From Solirubrobacteraceae bacterium (lineage in GTDB: Bacteria; Actinomycetota; Thermoleophilia; Solirubrobacterales; Solirubrobacteraceae): DNA of 61,211 nucleotides. Made by a program: the position numbers and the translations under genes. Below the pieces are notes generated by a model. It was not told the origin of the DNA. It saw nothing but the letters and a program-made list of their open reading frames with translations, and made no database searches. Numbering within the stretch: position 1 is the first letter of the stretch; each line of letters starts with the position of its first letter. Shown here in pieces: positions 51,303 to 61,211 of the stretch. Where the stretch lies: contig DATNHQ010000023.1 of NCBI GenBank assembly GCA_035604915.1, positions 1 through 61,211 of the forward strand. The letters are read 5' to 3'.

Positions 51303-52277
51303 ATGATCCGCGCTGGATCGACGCGCCTGCCGCCGCGCCTGCTGCGCTCGCTGCGCCCGCCGCTCGGGGCCGACGTGGTGGCCCGCCTGCCGCCGCGGCT
51401 GCGCTCGCTGCGGCTGCCACCGCTCCCTGGCCGCTTGGAGCACCTCCTCGCGCGTGCGCGCGCGACGCGGCTGCGGACCAGGCTGACGGTGTTGGCGGCG
51501 GTGCCGGTGATCGTGATCGGAGGCTGGCTGCTGCTGCGCGACAGCGCCCTCTTCTCCGTCGATCAGGTCGCGATCAGCGGCCTTGGCGCCGACGCCCTGC
51601 CGGTCGTCTCCGATGACCTGCTCGCCGCCGCCCGCCACGAGACCACCACGGACTTCTCGCTCGGCGCGCTGCGCGCCGCAGTCGCCCCCTACACGGTGGT
51701 CGCCGCCATCAGCGCCAAGACCCACTTCCCGCACGGGCTCACCATCGAGGTGGTCGAGCGCCATCCGATCGCTCACCTGCAGGTCGGAAGCCACTGGTTC
51801 CTGCTCGACGCCGGCGGCGTGCTCGTCACCGGCGCGAGCGGTCGCATCCTCACCGTGCTGCGCTCCCGCTCGCTGCCCTCCGGCGGGCGCACGCACGACG
51901 CCTTCGTGCTGCTCGCGCTGCGGGTGCTTGGCGACGCGCCGGCTCCGCTGCGCCGTCGCGTCGCGGCGGTGACCGTGGCCGACGGCCTGCTGATGATCTA
52001 CCTCCACCACGGTCCGCGGCTGATCTTCGGCAACGCAGCGCTGCCGCACGCCAAGTGGGACGCCGCCGCCGCCGTGCTCGCCGACGCAAGCTCGCGGGGC
52101 GCCAGCTACATCGACGTGCAGGTGCCGTCGCGTCCGGCCGCCCAGATCGCCGACCCGTCGACGAGCGCCGCGAGCCCGTCCGCCGGCGCGGGCGCCGATG
52201 CGCCGAGCGGCGCGGCGAGCGTCTCGACGCTGCTCGATCCGGCGCTGATCCAACCCTCAAGCTATACCTCAGGCTGA
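51303..52277 (+). CDS. ftsQ: Cell division protein FtsQ/DivIB (POTRA domain)
   Basis: An Arg-rich cytoplasmic N-terminus is followed by the TM VLAAVPVIVIGGWLLL and a POTRA-like block (FSVDQVAISGL...). It sits just upstream of ftsZ. Confidence 0.75.
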   Translation: MIRAGSTRLPPRLLRSLRPPLGADVVARLPPRLRSLRLPPLPGRLEHLLARARATRLRTRLTVLAAVPVIVIGGWLLLRDSALFSVDQVAISGLGADALPVVSDDLLAAARHETTTDFSLGALRAAVAPYTVVAAISAKTHFPHGLTIEVVERHPIAHLQVGSHWFLLDAGGVLVTGASGRILTVLRSRSLPSGGRTHDAFVLLALRVLGDAPAPLRRRVAAVTVADGLLMIYLHHGPRLIFGNAALPHAKWDAAAAVLADASSRGASYIDVQVPSRPAAQIADPSTSAASPSAGAGADAPSGAASVSTLLDPALIQPSSYTSG

Positions 52278-52355
52278 TAGCCCATCCGGGCCTGATTTCA
52301 GGTCCGGGTCGAGGGTTCGGCGATCTGCAACGAAAGTTGCGATGATGGGGTCCCA

Positions 52356-52383
52356 TTGACAATCGCCCGAAGCCCTGCATAAC
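52356..52383 (+). promoter_or_regulatory. Candidate sigma-70-type promoter for ftsZ
   Basis: TTGACA (52356-52361), a 16 nt spacer, then CATAAC (52378-52383), about 70 nt upstream of the ftsZ ATG in a lower-GC spacer. Confidence 0.35.
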
Positions 52384-52451
52384 GTGGCTTTTACGGCGCC
52401 GTCGGAGTGCCGGCGAAAAACCCTTCATTCTGAGTCGAGGTTCGGATAGAC

Positions 52452-53534
52452 ATGGAAGGCGGCAGCTATCTCGCAGTGATCAAGGTCGTCGGCGTCGGCG
52501 GCGGCGGTACCAACGCCGTCAGCCGGATGGTCGACGCGGGGCTGCGCGGGGTCGAGTTCGTCGCCGCGAACACCGACGCGCAGGCGCTCGCGATGAGCGA
52601 CGCCGACGTCAAGCTCCACATCGGCACCGAACTGACCAAGGGACTCGGCGCGGGCGCCAATCCCGACGTCGGCTTCGGCGCCGCGGCCGAGTCGCGCGAT
52701 GAGATCAAGGAGGCGCTGAAGGGCGCTGACATGGTCTTCGTCACCGCCGGCGAGGGCGGCGGCACCGGCACCGGCGCCGCGCCCGTGATCGCCGAGATCG
52801 CCAAGAGCGAGATCGGCGCGCTGACGGTCGGCGTGGTCACGCGCCCCTTCGACTTCGAGGGCGCGACGCGCGCACGCCAGGCCGAGGAGGGCATCCGCAA
52901 GCTGCGCGAGGTCGTCGACACCCTGCTCGTGATCCCCAACGAGCGGCTGCTCACGGTCGTCGAGCGGCGCACCACGATCCTCGACGCCTTCAAGGAGGCC
53001 GACAACGTCCTGCGCCAGGGCGTCCAGGGCATCACCGACCTGATCACCATCCCCGGCCTGATCAACCTCGACTTCGCCGACGTGCGCACGATCATGACCG
53101 ACGCGGGCACGGCCGTGATGGGCGTCGGCGTCGGCTCCGGTGAGAACCGCGCTGCCGATGCGGCCCGCCTCGCGATCGCCTCGCCTCTGCTCGAGGAGGC
53201 GATCGACGGCGCGACCGGGATCCTGCTGAACATCACCGGCGGACGCAACCTGGGGCTGTTCGAGGTCAACGAGGCGGCCGAGATCGTCCAGAACGCGGCC
53301 GACCGCGATGCCAACATCATCTTCGGTGCCGTGATCGACGAGGGGCAGGAGGACGAGGTCTCGGTGACAGTGATCGGCACCGGCTTCCAGCACCACGGCC
53401 GCTTCCGCGGCGACCGCGGCCAGGGCGACGAGGAGCGCGACCGCTCCCGCCGCCGCGGCTCCGACCGTCCGAGCGCGCGCGCGCCGCTGGAGATCCGCGA
53501 CGAGGACATCGACGTACCGCCGTTCCTGCGCTAG
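52452..53534 (+). CDS. ftsZ: Cell division GTPase FtsZ
   Basis: [12 protein letters not shown] and the tubulin signature [11 protein letters not shown]. The C-terminal peptide is DIDVPPFLR. Confidence 0.95.
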   Translation: MEGGSYLAVIKVVGVGGGGTNAVSRMVDAGLRGVEFVAANTDAQALAMSDADVKLHIGTELTKGLGAGANPDVGFGAAAESRDEIKEALKGADMVFVTAGEGGGTGTGAAPVIAEIAKSEIGALTVGVVTRPFDFEGATRARQAEEGIRKLREVVDTLLVIPNERLLTVVERRTTILDAFKEADNVLRQGVQGITDLITIPGLINLDFADVRTIMTDAGTAVMGVGVGSGENRAADAARLAIASPLLEEAIDGATGILLNITGGRNLGLFEVNEAAEIVQNAADRDANIIFGAVIDEGQEDEVSVTVIGTGFQHHGRFRGDRGQGDEERDRSRRRGSDRPSARAPLEIRDEDIDVPPFLR

Positions 53535-53615
53535 CTCTCGATCGCTGAGCCCACGGCCAATCGACCCAGCAGGCTGCCATGTGGTGGCCCGCTCGTCCGT
53601 GCTAGCTTCGCGGCC

Positions 53616-54119
53616 GTGAGCGCCGTGCCGCCCAACGTCTTCGCTGATAGCTGGGAGCGCGAGGTCTCGCACGGGCCGTTCTCGGTGCGAGGTACGCGCG
53701 TGGGGGCCGCCGCGGGAGCGCAGCGGCTTGGAGCCGGCGTTTTCGAGTTGGCCGTCGGCAAGCGCAACCTGCCCTATCACGCGCACTACGGCATCGAGGA
53801 GCTCGTGGTCGTGCTGAGCGGGCAGCCGACGCTGCGGACGCCGGCCGGCGAGCGGGACCTGGTCCCCGGAGACGTCGTGGCGTTCCCGGCGGGGCTCGAT
53901 GGCGCGCACCAGCTGATCAACCGGACGAGCGCGGCGGTGCGCTATCTGATGGTCAGCACAAATGCGACCGCGGATCTGATCGAGTACCCCGACAGCGGCA
54001 AGGTCGGCGCGCTCGGCGGCGTCTGGGGCACGCCGGGGGCGGTTGCGCACATGTTCTCGGCGTCCCAGCAGCTCGGCTACTTCGACGGCGAAGGCGACGC
54101 GGAGGACGCGACCCGCTAG
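53616..54119 (+). CDS. Cupin domain protein
   Basis: The block PYHAHYGIEELVVVLSGQPTLRTPAGERDLVPGDVVAFPAGLDGAHQL fits the two cupin motifs. Confidence 0.7.
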   Translation: MSAVPPNVFADSWEREVSHGPFSVRGTRVGAAAGAQRLGAGVFELAVGKRNLPYHAHYGIEELVVVLSGQPTLRTPAGERDLVPGDVVAFPAGLDGAHQLINRTSAAVRYLMVSTNATADLIEYPDSGKVGALGGVWGTPGAVAHMFSASQQLGYFDGEGDAEDATR

Positions 54120-54135
54120 CGTTGCGTAGGCGCAT

Positions 54136-55197
54136 TTGCCCGCCTCGCTTCGACACACGCCGCTGTACGAAGCCCACGTCGAACTGGGGGCGCGGATGTC
54201 GCCGTTCGCGGGCTGGGAGATGCCGCTGCGCTACGAGGGAGTCATCGCCGAGCACCTCGCCGTGCGCACCACGGCGGGCGTCTTCGACGTCTCCCACATG
54301 GGCCAGATCGAGACCGCCGGCCCGGACGCGCTCGCGCTGCTCGCGCGCGTCTGCTCCAACGACGTCGCCGCGATCGCGATCGGCGGCGCTCAATACGGCC
54401 TGCTGCTCGCCGCTGACGGCGGCGTCCTCGACGACGTCTTCAACTACCGCCTCGAGGCAGGCCGCTACCTCACGATCACCAACGCCGCCAACCACGAGCG
54501 CGATCTCGCCTGGTTCCGCGAGCACTCGGGCGGCCTCGACGTCGAGGTGTCAGACCGCGCCTCCGACTACGCGATGATCGCGGTGCAGGGCCCGCTCGCA
54601 CGCGAGATGGTGCAGGCGATCGCGAGCGCGCCGCTGCCGGAGCGGATGACGATCGCCACGCGCACGCTCGACGGCGCGACCGCGCTCGTCGCCGGTACCG
54701 GCTACACCGGCGAAGACGGGGTCGAACTGCTGGTCGACCCGGCCGCCGCCGTCGGCCTCTGGCACGCGCTGCTTCGCCGCGGCGCCACACCGGCGGGACT
54801 GGCGGCGCGCGACACGCTGCGCACCGAGGCCTGCTACCACCTCTACGGCAACGACCTCTCGACCGAGCGCGGGCCGATCGAAGCCGGTCTCGGCTGGTGC
54901 TGCCGAAGCGGCGACGGCTACGTCGGGGCCGAAGCGGTGGCGGCGGCGCGGGCCGCTGCGCCCGAGGAGAAGCTCGTGCCTTTCATCGTGCTCGATCGCG
55001 GCCCGGCGCGCGCCGGCGACCACGTCGTCGGCGGCGGCGTGGTCACGAGCGGAACCTTCTCTCCGAGCCTGCAGACCGGGATCGGGCTGGCCTACCTGCC
55101 GGCGGCGCGGGCGACGGTGGGCCACGAGTTCGAGATCGACGTCCGCGGCAAGCTGCGGCGCGCGCAGGTCGAGCGGCGCCCGCTCTTGAAGGTGTGA
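54136..55197 (+). CDS. gcvT: Glycine cleavage system aminomethyltransferase (T protein)
   Basis: [37 protein letters not shown] and [10 protein letters not shown]. The TTG start is uncertain. Confidence 0.85.
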   Translation: MPASLRHTPLYEAHVELGARMSPFAGWEMPLRYEGVIAEHLAVRTTAGVFDVSHMGQIETAGPDALALLARVCSNDVAAIAIGGAQYGLLLAADGGVLDDVFNYRLEAGRYLTITNAANHERDLAWFREHSGGLDVEVSDRASDYAMIAVQGPLAREMVQAIASAPLPERMTIATRTLDGATALVAGTGYTGEDGVELLVDPAAAVGLWHALLRRGATPAGLAARDTLRTEACYHLYGNDLSTERGPIEAGLGWCCRSGDGYVGAEAVAAARAAAPEEKLVPFIVLDRGPARAGDHVVGGGVVTSGTFSPSLQTGIGLAYLPAARATVGHEFEIDVRGKLRRAQVERRPLLKV

Positions 55198-55254
55198 GAC
55201 TCAAACCAATAGAGTCAGCGGCGGTGCAAGCGATCGACGGAGGTGGCGAGCAAG

Positions 55255-55641
55255 ATGCCTGAGGCCTCATATCCGGACGACCTCCTCTACCACCCCGATC
55301 ACGACTGGGCGCGTGTCGAGGGGGATGTCGCGACATTCGGCATCACCTGGTATGCGCAGGACTCGCTCGGCGACGTGGTCTTCTTCGAGCCGCCGGCCGT
55401 CGGCACGCAGGTGACCCGCGATGAGCCCTACACCGAGGTCGAGTCCGTCAAGGCCGTCTCCGACGTGATCGCGCCGCTCTCGGGCGAGGTGATCGAGGCG
55501 AACGTGGCACTCGGCGATGCGCCCGAGGCGATCAACGAGGACCCCTACGGGGCCGGCTGGATGGTCAAGGTCCGCCTCTCGGATCCCGGCCAGGCGTCGA
55601 CGCTGCTGGCGGCGGACGCATACGTGGCGCTGCTCGCCTGA
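55255..55641 (+). CDS. gcvH: Glycine cleavage system H protein
   Basis: RBS ggaggtgg precedes ATG 55255. The lipoyl-lysine motif is VESVKAVSDV. Confidence 0.9.
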   Translation: MPEASYPDDLLYHPDHDWARVEGDVATFGITWYAQDSLGDVVFFEPPAVGTQVTRDEPYTEVESVKAVSDVIAPLSGEVIEANVALGDAPEAINEDPYGAGWMVKVRLSDPGQASTLLAADAYVALLA

Positions 55642-55649
55642 GCGCTGCG

Positions 55650-57047
55650 ATGACCCGCTACACACCGGTCACCGACAGCGATCGCGAGGCGATGCTCGCA
55701 GCGATCGGCGTCGCCAGCCTGGCCGAGCTGTTCGGCGAGATCCCCGAGTCGGTGCGGCTGGGCCGGCCGCTCGAGCTGCCGGCTTCACTCGGCGAAGCCG
55801 AGGTCTACGAGCACCTGCGCGCGCTCGCCTCGCGCAACAGCTCGACCGAGGAGTCGCTGTGCTTTTTGGGCGCCGGGATGTATGACAACTACGTCCCCGC
55901 GGTCGTCGACATGCTGATGGGGCGCTCGGAGTTCCTGACGCCCTACACGCCCTACCAGCCGGAGATCTCCCAGGGCGGCCTGCAGGTGATGTTCGAATAC
56001 CAGACGGCGATCTGCGAGCTGACGGGCATGGACGTCTCCAACGCATCGGTCTACGAGGGGCCCTCGGCGCTGGCCGCAGCCGGCTACCTCGCCAAGTTGA
56101 CCAACGGGCGGCCGCGCTTCGTCGTCTCGCGCGGCGTGCACCCGCACGCGCGCGAGACGCTGCGCACGCTGTCGGTCGGCTACGGCACGAGCGTGGAGGA
56201 GGTCGAGCTGCGCGACGGCGCAACCGATCCGCGGGCGTGGGCGGCGGCGATCGGCGACGACGTCAGCGCCGTGTTCCTCGCGCAGCCGAACTTCCTGGGC
56301 GCCGTCGAGGACCTCGCACCGCTGATCGCGGCCGCGCGCGAGCATGGCGCGCTCGTCGTTTGCAGCGCCGACCCGATCGCGCTCGGCATCGTCGAGGCGC
56401 CGGGCCGCCTCGGCGTCGATGTCTGCGTCGGCGAGGGCCAGACGCTCGGCAACCGCCTCGACTTCGGCGGCCCCTCGTTCGGCTTCTTCGCCGCGCGCGA
56501 GGAGCACCTGCGGCGAATGCCCGGACGGATCGCCGGCGAGACCCGCGACGTCGACGGGCGTCGTGGCTTCGTGCTGACGCTGCAGACGCGCGAGCAGCAC
56601 ATCCGCCGCGAGAAGGCGACCTCCAACATCTGCACGGCGCAGGCGCTGAACGCGCTCGCCGGCGTCGTCTACCTGTCCTGGCTCGGACGCGAGGGCTTCG
56701 TCGAGCTCGCCGAGTTGCTCGCGCGCCGCACCGCGTATGCGCGCGAGCGGCTGTGCTCGCTCGACGGCGTCAGCGCCCTGCACGAGCAGCCGGTCGTGCG
56801 CGAGTTCGCGCTCTCACTCGGCCTGGCGGACGTCGACAGCGTGCGGCGCGTGATCGCGCGCTGCGCCGGCGAGCGCGTCGAGCCGGGCTACGCGCTCGGG
56901 CGCGACTACCCGGAACACCCTGACGCGCTGCTGGTGGCGCTCAGCGAGCGGCGCTCGCGCGAGGACATCGACCGCCTCGTCGATGTGCTCGGCCGCGCGC
57001 TCGCCGCGGAGCGTGCCGCGGCGGCGGCCGGGGGGGCGGCGGCATGA
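55650..57047 (+). CDS. gcvPA: Glycine dehydrogenase (decarboxylating) subunit 1
   Basis: FLGAGMYDNYVPAVV, YTPYQPEISQGGLQ and NICTAQAL. This is the split P-protein arrangement. Confidence 0.9.
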   Translation: MTRYTPVTDSDREAMLAAIGVASLAELFGEIPESVRLGRPLELPASLGEAEVYEHLRALASRNSSTEESLCFLGAGMYDNYVPAVVDMLMGRSEFLTPYTPYQPEISQGGLQVMFEYQTAICELTGMDVSNASVYEGPSALAAAGYLAKLTNGRPRFVVSRGVHPHARETLRTLSVGYGTSVEEVELRDGATDPRAWAAAIGDDVSAVFLAQPNFLGAVEDLAPLIAAAREHGALVVCSADPIALGIVEAPGRLGVDVCVGEGQTLGNRLDFGGPSFGFFAAREEHLRRMPGRIAGETRDVDGRRGFVLTLQTREQHIRREKATSNICTAQALNALAGVVYLSWLGREGFVELAELLARRTAYARERLCSLDGVSALHEQPVVREFALSLGLADVDSVRRVIARCAGERVEPGYALGRDYPEHPDALLVALSERRSREDIDRLVDVLGRALAAERAAAAAGGAAA

Positions 57048-58558
57048 GCGTTCAGACCGGCGCAACCGCCGACGCCGCGCTGACGATCTTCGAGAAGGGC
57101 CAGCGCGGCCGCCGCGCCTTCCAGGCGCCCGCGGTCGACGTGCCCGAGCGGCCGCTTGACGAGCTGATCCCCAGGCGGCTGCGTCGCAGCGAGCCGGCAC
57201 GCTTGCCCGAGGTGACCGAGCCGGAGCTGGTGCGCCACTACGTGCGCCTGTCGCGGCGCAACTTCGACCTGGACTCCGGCTTCTACCCGCTGGGCTCGTG
57301 CACGATGAAGCACAACCCGCGTCTGCACGAGCGCGTCGCGGCGCTGCCCGGGCACGCCCGCCTGCACCCGCTGACGGACCCGGCTCGAGCGCAGGGCGCG
57401 CTCGAGCTGATGTGGGGGCTCGAGCGCGCGCTCGCGGAGCTCGCCGGCCTGCCGCACGTCTCGCTGCAGCCCTCGGCCGGGTCGCACGGCGAGCTCACCG
57501 GCGTGCTCTTGACCCGCGCCTACCATGCCGATCGCGGCGAGCGCCGTGGCAAGGTGCTGACGCCGGACACCGCGCACGGCACCAACCCGGCGACCGTGAC
57601 GATGGCCGGCTACGAGGTCGTCAAGCTCGGCACCGATGCGCGCGGCGGCGTCGATCTCGACGACCTGCGCGCGAAGGCCGACTCCGACGTCGCCTGCCTG
57701 ATGCTGACCAACCCCAACACGCTCGGCCTGTTCGACGCCAACATCGAGGAGATCGCGCGGATCGTCCACGGCGTGGGCGGAGTCCTCTACTACGACGGAG
57801 CCAACCTGAACGCGGTGATGGGGATATCGCGTCCCGGCGACATGGGTTTCGACATCGTCCACTTCAACCTGCACAAGTCCTTCACGCAGCCCCACGGCGG
57901 TGGCGGCCCGGGCTCCGGCCCGATCGCCGTGTCTGAGGCGATCGAGCCCTACCTGCCGCGGCCGGTGCTGGTGCGCCGCGGTGGCGCGCAGGGCAACGGC
58001 TCCAAGGTCGAGTTCGACCTCGACTACGACCGCCCCCGCTCGATCGGGCGCGTGCGCGGCTTCCAGGGCAACTACGGCTGTTTCGTGCGCTCCTACGCCT
58101 ACATCTGCTCGCTCGGCGCGGCCGGCCTGCGCGACGTCTCTGAGACCGCGGTCCTCAACGCCAACTACCTGCTCGCGCGGCTGCGCGCGCTCGGCGTCTG
58201 CGAGCTGTTGCCGCCCGCCTACGAGCGCCTGTGCATGCACGAGTTCGTGCTCAGCGGCGCGCCGATGAAGCGCGAGCTCGGGATCCGCACGCTCGACCTC
58301 GCCAAGCGGCTGCTCGACTACGGCTACCACCCGCCGACCGTCTACTTCCCGCTGCTCGTCGAGGAGGCGCTGCTGGTCGAGCCGACCGAGACCGAGACCA
58401 AGCAGACGCTCGACGAGTTCGCGGCGGCGGTTGCCGAGATCCTGCGCGAGGCCCGCGAGGATCCGGAACTGGTGCGCAATGCTCCCTACTCGACGCCGGT
58501 CCGCAGGCTCGACGAGGCCGGCGCCGCCAAGCACCCGCTTCTGCGCCAGCCGCTGTAG
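57044..58558 (+). CDS. gcvPB: Glycine dehydrogenase (decarboxylating) subunit 2
   Basis: ATGA overlap. YPLGSCTMKHNP and the PLP-lysine motif NLHKSF. Confidence 0.9.
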   Translation: MSVQTGATADAALTIFEKGQRGRRAFQAPAVDVPERPLDELIPRRLRRSEPARLPEVTEPELVRHYVRLSRRNFDLDSGFYPLGSCTMKHNPRLHERVAALPGHARLHPLTDPARAQGALELMWGLERALAELAGLPHVSLQPSAGSHGELTGVLLTRAYHADRGERRGKVLTPDTAHGTNPATVTMAGYEVVKLGTDARGGVDLDDLRAKADSDVACLMLTNPNTLGLFDANIEEIARIVHGVGGVLYYDGANLNAVMGISRPGDMGFDIVHFNLHKSFTQPHGGGGPGSGPIAVSEAIEPYLPRPVLVRRGGAQGNGSKVEFDLDYDRPRSIGRVRGFQGNYGCFVRSYAYICSLGAAGLRDVSETAVLNANYLLARLRALGVCELLPPAYERLCMHEFVLSGAPMKRELGIRTLDLAKRLLDYGYHPPTVYFPLLVEEALLVEPTETETKQTLDEFAAAVAEILREAREDPELVRNAPYSTPVRRLDEAGAAKHPLLRQPL

Positions 58559-58716
58559 GGCGCTCAGCGTGCCGGGCCGCGGCTCCGGTTCGCGGCGCTG
58601 CCGGCGCTGCCGGCCACGATGCGGCGCTCCGCCTTCGATGCGTTGGCTCGGGGACGCCGGCACAGGCGGGCGCACCGGCACGGCCTGTCCGGCGCAGCCA
58701 GATACGCTCCCGGCCC

Positions 58717-59703
58717 ATGCGCATCTTCTCGGGTATCCAGCCGACCGGGCGCAAGCACCTCGGCAACTACATCGGCGCGATCACCCAATACGTCGCCGGG
58801 CAGGACCGCGGCGACGCCGTGTACTGCATCGTCGACCTGCACGCGACGACGGTCGAGTTCGACCCGGCGGAGCTGCGCGAGCGGACCTATGACACGGCGG
58901 CGATCCTGCTCGCGGCGGGGCTCGACCCCAAGCGCTGCATCCTCTTCCGCCAGAGCGACGTCGTCGAGCACACCGAGCTCGCGTGGCTGCTCACATCGGT
59001 CACCGCCTACGGCGACCTACAGCGCATGACCCAGTTCAAGGAGAAGTCGAGCGCCCAGCGCAAGCTGGTCACGGCCGGGCTGTTCGTCTATCCCGTCCTG
59101 ATGGCGGCCGACGTGCTCGCCTACCGCACCAACGAGGTGCCGGTCGGCGACGACCAGCGCCAGCACGTCGAGCTGATGCGCGACGTCGCGCTGCGCTTCA
59201 ACGCCCACTTCGGCGAGCACCTGGTCGTGCCGGAGGCCCGGATTCCGCAGGTCGGCGCGCGCATCATGGACCTGCAGAACCCGGAGACGAAGATGTCGAC
59301 GACGACGGGCGGCGAGGAGGGGACGCTGTACGTGCTCGACGAGCCGGCGCTGATCGAGCGCAAGCTGAAGCGCGCCGTGACCGACTCCGGCGAGGGCATC
59401 CACCGCTCGCCGCAGAAGCCGGGGATCACGAACCTGATCGACATCCTCGCCGTCGTGCGCGGCGTCGCGACCGAGGCGATCGAGCGCGACTTCGCGACGC
59501 TGCGCTACGGCGACTTGAAGACCGCCCTCGGCGCTGAGGTGGCCGCCTACCTCGCGCCGACGCGTGAGCGCTATGCGCAGCTGCGCCCCGACGTCGCGGG
59601 CCTCGAGGCGACGCTCGCCGACGGCGCGGCGCGCGCGCGTGCGATCGCCGCGGCGACGCTCGCCGACGTGCGTGAGGCGATGGGCGTGGGGCCGCCGCGC
59701 TGA
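58717..59703 (+). CDS. trpS: Tryptophan--tRNA ligase
   Basis: MRIFSGIQPTGRKHLGNYIGA (HIGH-type) and KMSTT (KMSKS-type). Confidence 0.9.
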   Translation: MRIFSGIQPTGRKHLGNYIGAITQYVAGQDRGDAVYCIVDLHATTVEFDPAELRERTYDTAAILLAAGLDPKRCILFRQSDVVEHTELAWLLTSVTAYGDLQRMTQFKEKSSAQRKLVTAGLFVYPVLMAADVLAYRTNEVPVGDDQRQHVELMRDVALRFNAHFGEHLVVPEARIPQVGARIMDLQNPETKMSTTTGGEEGTLYVLDEPALIERKLKRAVTDSGEGIHRSPQKPGITNLIDILAVVRGVATEAIERDFATLRYGDLKTALGAEVAAYLAPTRERYAQLRPDVAGLEATLADGAARARAIAAATLADVREAMGVGPPR

Positions 59704-59742
59704 GCAGGCGCGGCGTCGGCGGCCCGGTGTAGCTTTCGCCGC

Positions 59743-60522
59743 GTGTACCTCGCCGAGCTCGAGCTGGACCTCGACGTCTTCAGCGGTCCGTTCGATCTGC
59801 TGCTGACGCTGGTGCTGCGCGAGGAGGTCGACCTGCGCGAGCTGTCGCTGGCGGAGGTGGTCGTCACCTACCTCGACCACCTCGACGCCCGCGGCGAGCT
59901 GGACCTCGAGGTCACCACCGAGTTCATCGTGCTCGTCGCGGCGCTGCTGGAGCTCAAGTCGCGCCTGCTGCTGCCCGGTGAGGAGCTGGACGAACTGCTC
60001 GAGCTCGAGCCGGGCGAGGCCGCGGAGGAGCTGCTCGCGCGGATGCTCGACGCCCGCCGCTACCGCGCCGCCGCGGCCTACCTCGGCGACCTGCTCGCCG
60101 GGCAGCCGGTCGTCCGCTACCGCGAGGCGCCGCTGCCCGTGGCGCTGCGCCGCGGATCGCACCAGGACCTCGACGGGGTGCGCTGGGATCCGGCGTCGCT
60201 CGGTCGCGCGCTCGGCGGTCTGCTCGCGCTGCCGGCCAAGCTCGACTTCAGCCACATCAGTGTGATGCGCGTCTCGGTCGCCGAACGCGTTGCGCACCTG
60301 CGCGGCCTGCTGCGCTCCGCCGCGGCGCTCAACTTCGACGACGCCGTGCGCGACGCCGACCGGATGACCGTCGCCGTCACCCTGTGGGCGCTGCTCGAGC
60401 TCTACAAGCGGGGCGAGGCGATCTGGGAGCAGGTCGAGCCGTTCGGTGAGATCACGGTGCGCCGCGGCGCCGGCGAGCGCGCCGCACCGGGGGCGCCGGA
60501 CCGCGAGGCGGGTACGCGTTGA
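59743..60522 (+). CDS. scpA: Segregation and condensation protein A
   Basis: GTG start. FSGPFDLLLTLVLREEVDL is typical of the ScpA N-terminus. Confidence 0.8.
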   Translation: MYLAELELDLDVFSGPFDLLLTLVLREEVDLRELSLAEVVVTYLDHLDARGELDLEVTTEFIVLVAALLELKSRLLLPGEELDELLELEPGEAAEELLARMLDARRYRAAAAYLGDLLAGQPVVRYREAPLPVALRRGSHQDLDGVRWDPASLGRALGGLLALPAKLDFSHISVMRVSVAERVAHLRGLLRSAAALNFDDAVRDADRMTVAVTLWALLELYKRGEAIWEQVEPFGEITVRRGAGERAAPGAPDREAGTR

Positions 60523-61100
60523 GCGAGCTCGCGCGCATCCTCGAGGCGCTGCTCTTCCTCGCGAACGACCCGCTTGGCATCGACGAGTTGGCGGAGGTGA
60601 CCGGCGCCCCGCCGACGGCGGTGAGCGCCGCGCTGGGCGAGCTTGCGGCGGCCTACGCGCCCGGCCTTCGCGGACTGCTGCTGCGCGAGGTCGCCGGCGG
60701 CCACACGCTCGCGAGCGATCCGCTCGCTGAGCCCGCGGCGCGTGCCCTGCTCGCCAAGCCGCGGCTCGCCGCACTGACGCCCGCGCAGCTCGAGACGCTC
60801 GCGATCGTCGCCTACCTGACGCCCGTATCGCGCCCCGAGATCGCGCGGATCCGCGGCGTCAACGCCGACTCCCCCGTCGCCTCGCTGCTCGACCGCGGCC
60901 TGATCGAGGAGAGCGGGCGCTCGCAGTTCGGCGCGGTGACCTACCGCACGACGACGCTCTTCCTGAAGGTCTTCGGGTTGCAGAGCGCCGGCGAGCTGCC
61001 CGACGTCGCGCAGTGGGACCCGACGCCGGCGGAGCAGAGCGCGCTGCGCGACCGGCTGCTCGCCGCCGGCGAAGCGCGGGCCGGGATCGCGCCGGACTAG
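60519..61100 (+). CDS. scpB: Segregation and condensation protein B
   Basis: TTGA overlap with scpA. ILEALLFLANDPL, LETLAIVAYLTPVSRPEIARIRGV and TTLFLKVFGL. Confidence 0.85.
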   Translation: MSELARILEALLFLANDPLGIDELAEVTGAPPTAVSAALGELAAAYAPGLRGLLLREVAGGHTLASDPLAEPAARALLAKPRLAALTPAQLETLAIVAYLTPVSRPEIARIRGVNADSPVASLLDRGLIEESGRSQFGAVTYRTTTLFLKVFGLQSAGELPDVAQWDPTPAEQSALRDRLLAAGEARAGIAPD

Positions 61101-61211
61101 ATGGTTGATTTCACGACCCCTGCGCCGTCGGGCGGCGTCTCGCGGCGTCGGATCGCCACGTCCCGGCCGGGTCCGTGCATCCGCACTGTCGGTGTCCGTG
61201 CCGCGACGCCC

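Noticed and set aside
53535-54135. Looked for a glycine riboswitch upstream of gcvT
   Set aside because: Only about 16 nt separate the cupin stop from gcvT. The spacer before the cupin gene lacks the GGAGAG...CACCG-type glycine aptamer core.
52425-54158. 577-aa minus-strand ORF
   Set aside because: It is antisense to ftsZ, which is unmistakable, and to the cupin gene.
58559-58716. Looked for a T-box leader upstream of trpS
   Set aside because: No T-box sequence (AGGGTGGNACCGCG-like) or specifier-loop architecture is recognisable, although the spacer is GC-rich with generic hairpins.
56906-60774. 591-aa and 585-aa minus-strand ORFs
   Set aside because: They are antisense to gcvPB, trpS and scpA, which carry diagnostic motifs on the plus strand.
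1-61211. Scan for tRNA, rRNA, CRISPR arrays, IS elements, integrases and toxin-antitoxin or known defence genes
   Set aside because: None were recognised. No regularly spaced direct repeats, no transposase or integrase motifs and no cloverleaf-like low-GC islands were seen. This negative result comes from visual inspection only.

Overview
This is a very GC-rich window (about 70% by eye, not computed). The gene content looks actinobacterial, possibly Thermoleophilia or Rubrobacteria-like, but that placement is inference only. Almost every frame is open, so I made calls from recognisable protein motifs, start/stop coupling and RBS context rather than ORF length.

Layout, left to right:
1. Positions 1-4.8 kb hold small metabolic genes: a NiCoT nickel/cobalt permease translationally coupled to a Fur-family regulator, DUF2237, an F420-type nitroreductase and an acyl-CoA ligase.
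2. Positions 4.9-7.3 kb hold an uncharacterised cassette: a small Tat-signal protein, a leaderless DUF4331 protein and a His-rich protein.
3. Positions 7.4-17.5 kb hold the most unusual region. A membrane-anchored ECF sigma/ZAS anti-sigma fusion protein is divergently transcribed from a Gram-positive (Tcp/Tn916-like) type IV secretion module. That module has a TcpC-like protein, a small two-TM protein, a TcpE/VirB3-like protein, a VirB4 ATPase, a VirB6-like polytopic protein and an SLT+LAS-peptidase cell-wall hydrolase. It has no coupling protein, relaxase or integrase in the window, and core genes lie on both sides.
4. Positions 17.7-19.2 kb encode a secreted TIM-barrel glycosidase-like protein with a collagen-like GXY repeat.
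5. Positions 19.2-25.7 kb hold a PduO-type adenosyltransferase divergent from a textbook cobalamin riboswitch. The riboswitch leads an ECF-type transporter operon with two DUF4430 proteins and an S-component fused to prenyltransferase-like repeats.
6. Next come pntAA-pntAB-pntB, glpD, a secreted PKD protein, folP, a Rho-like protein with degenerate ATPase motifs and an APC permease-Usp fusion.
7. A complete dcw cluster follows (mraZ to ftsZ, no ftsA).
8. The window ends with a cupin, gcvT-H-PA-PB, trpS and scpAB.

I recognised no rRNA, tRNA, CRISPR array, transposase or integrase.
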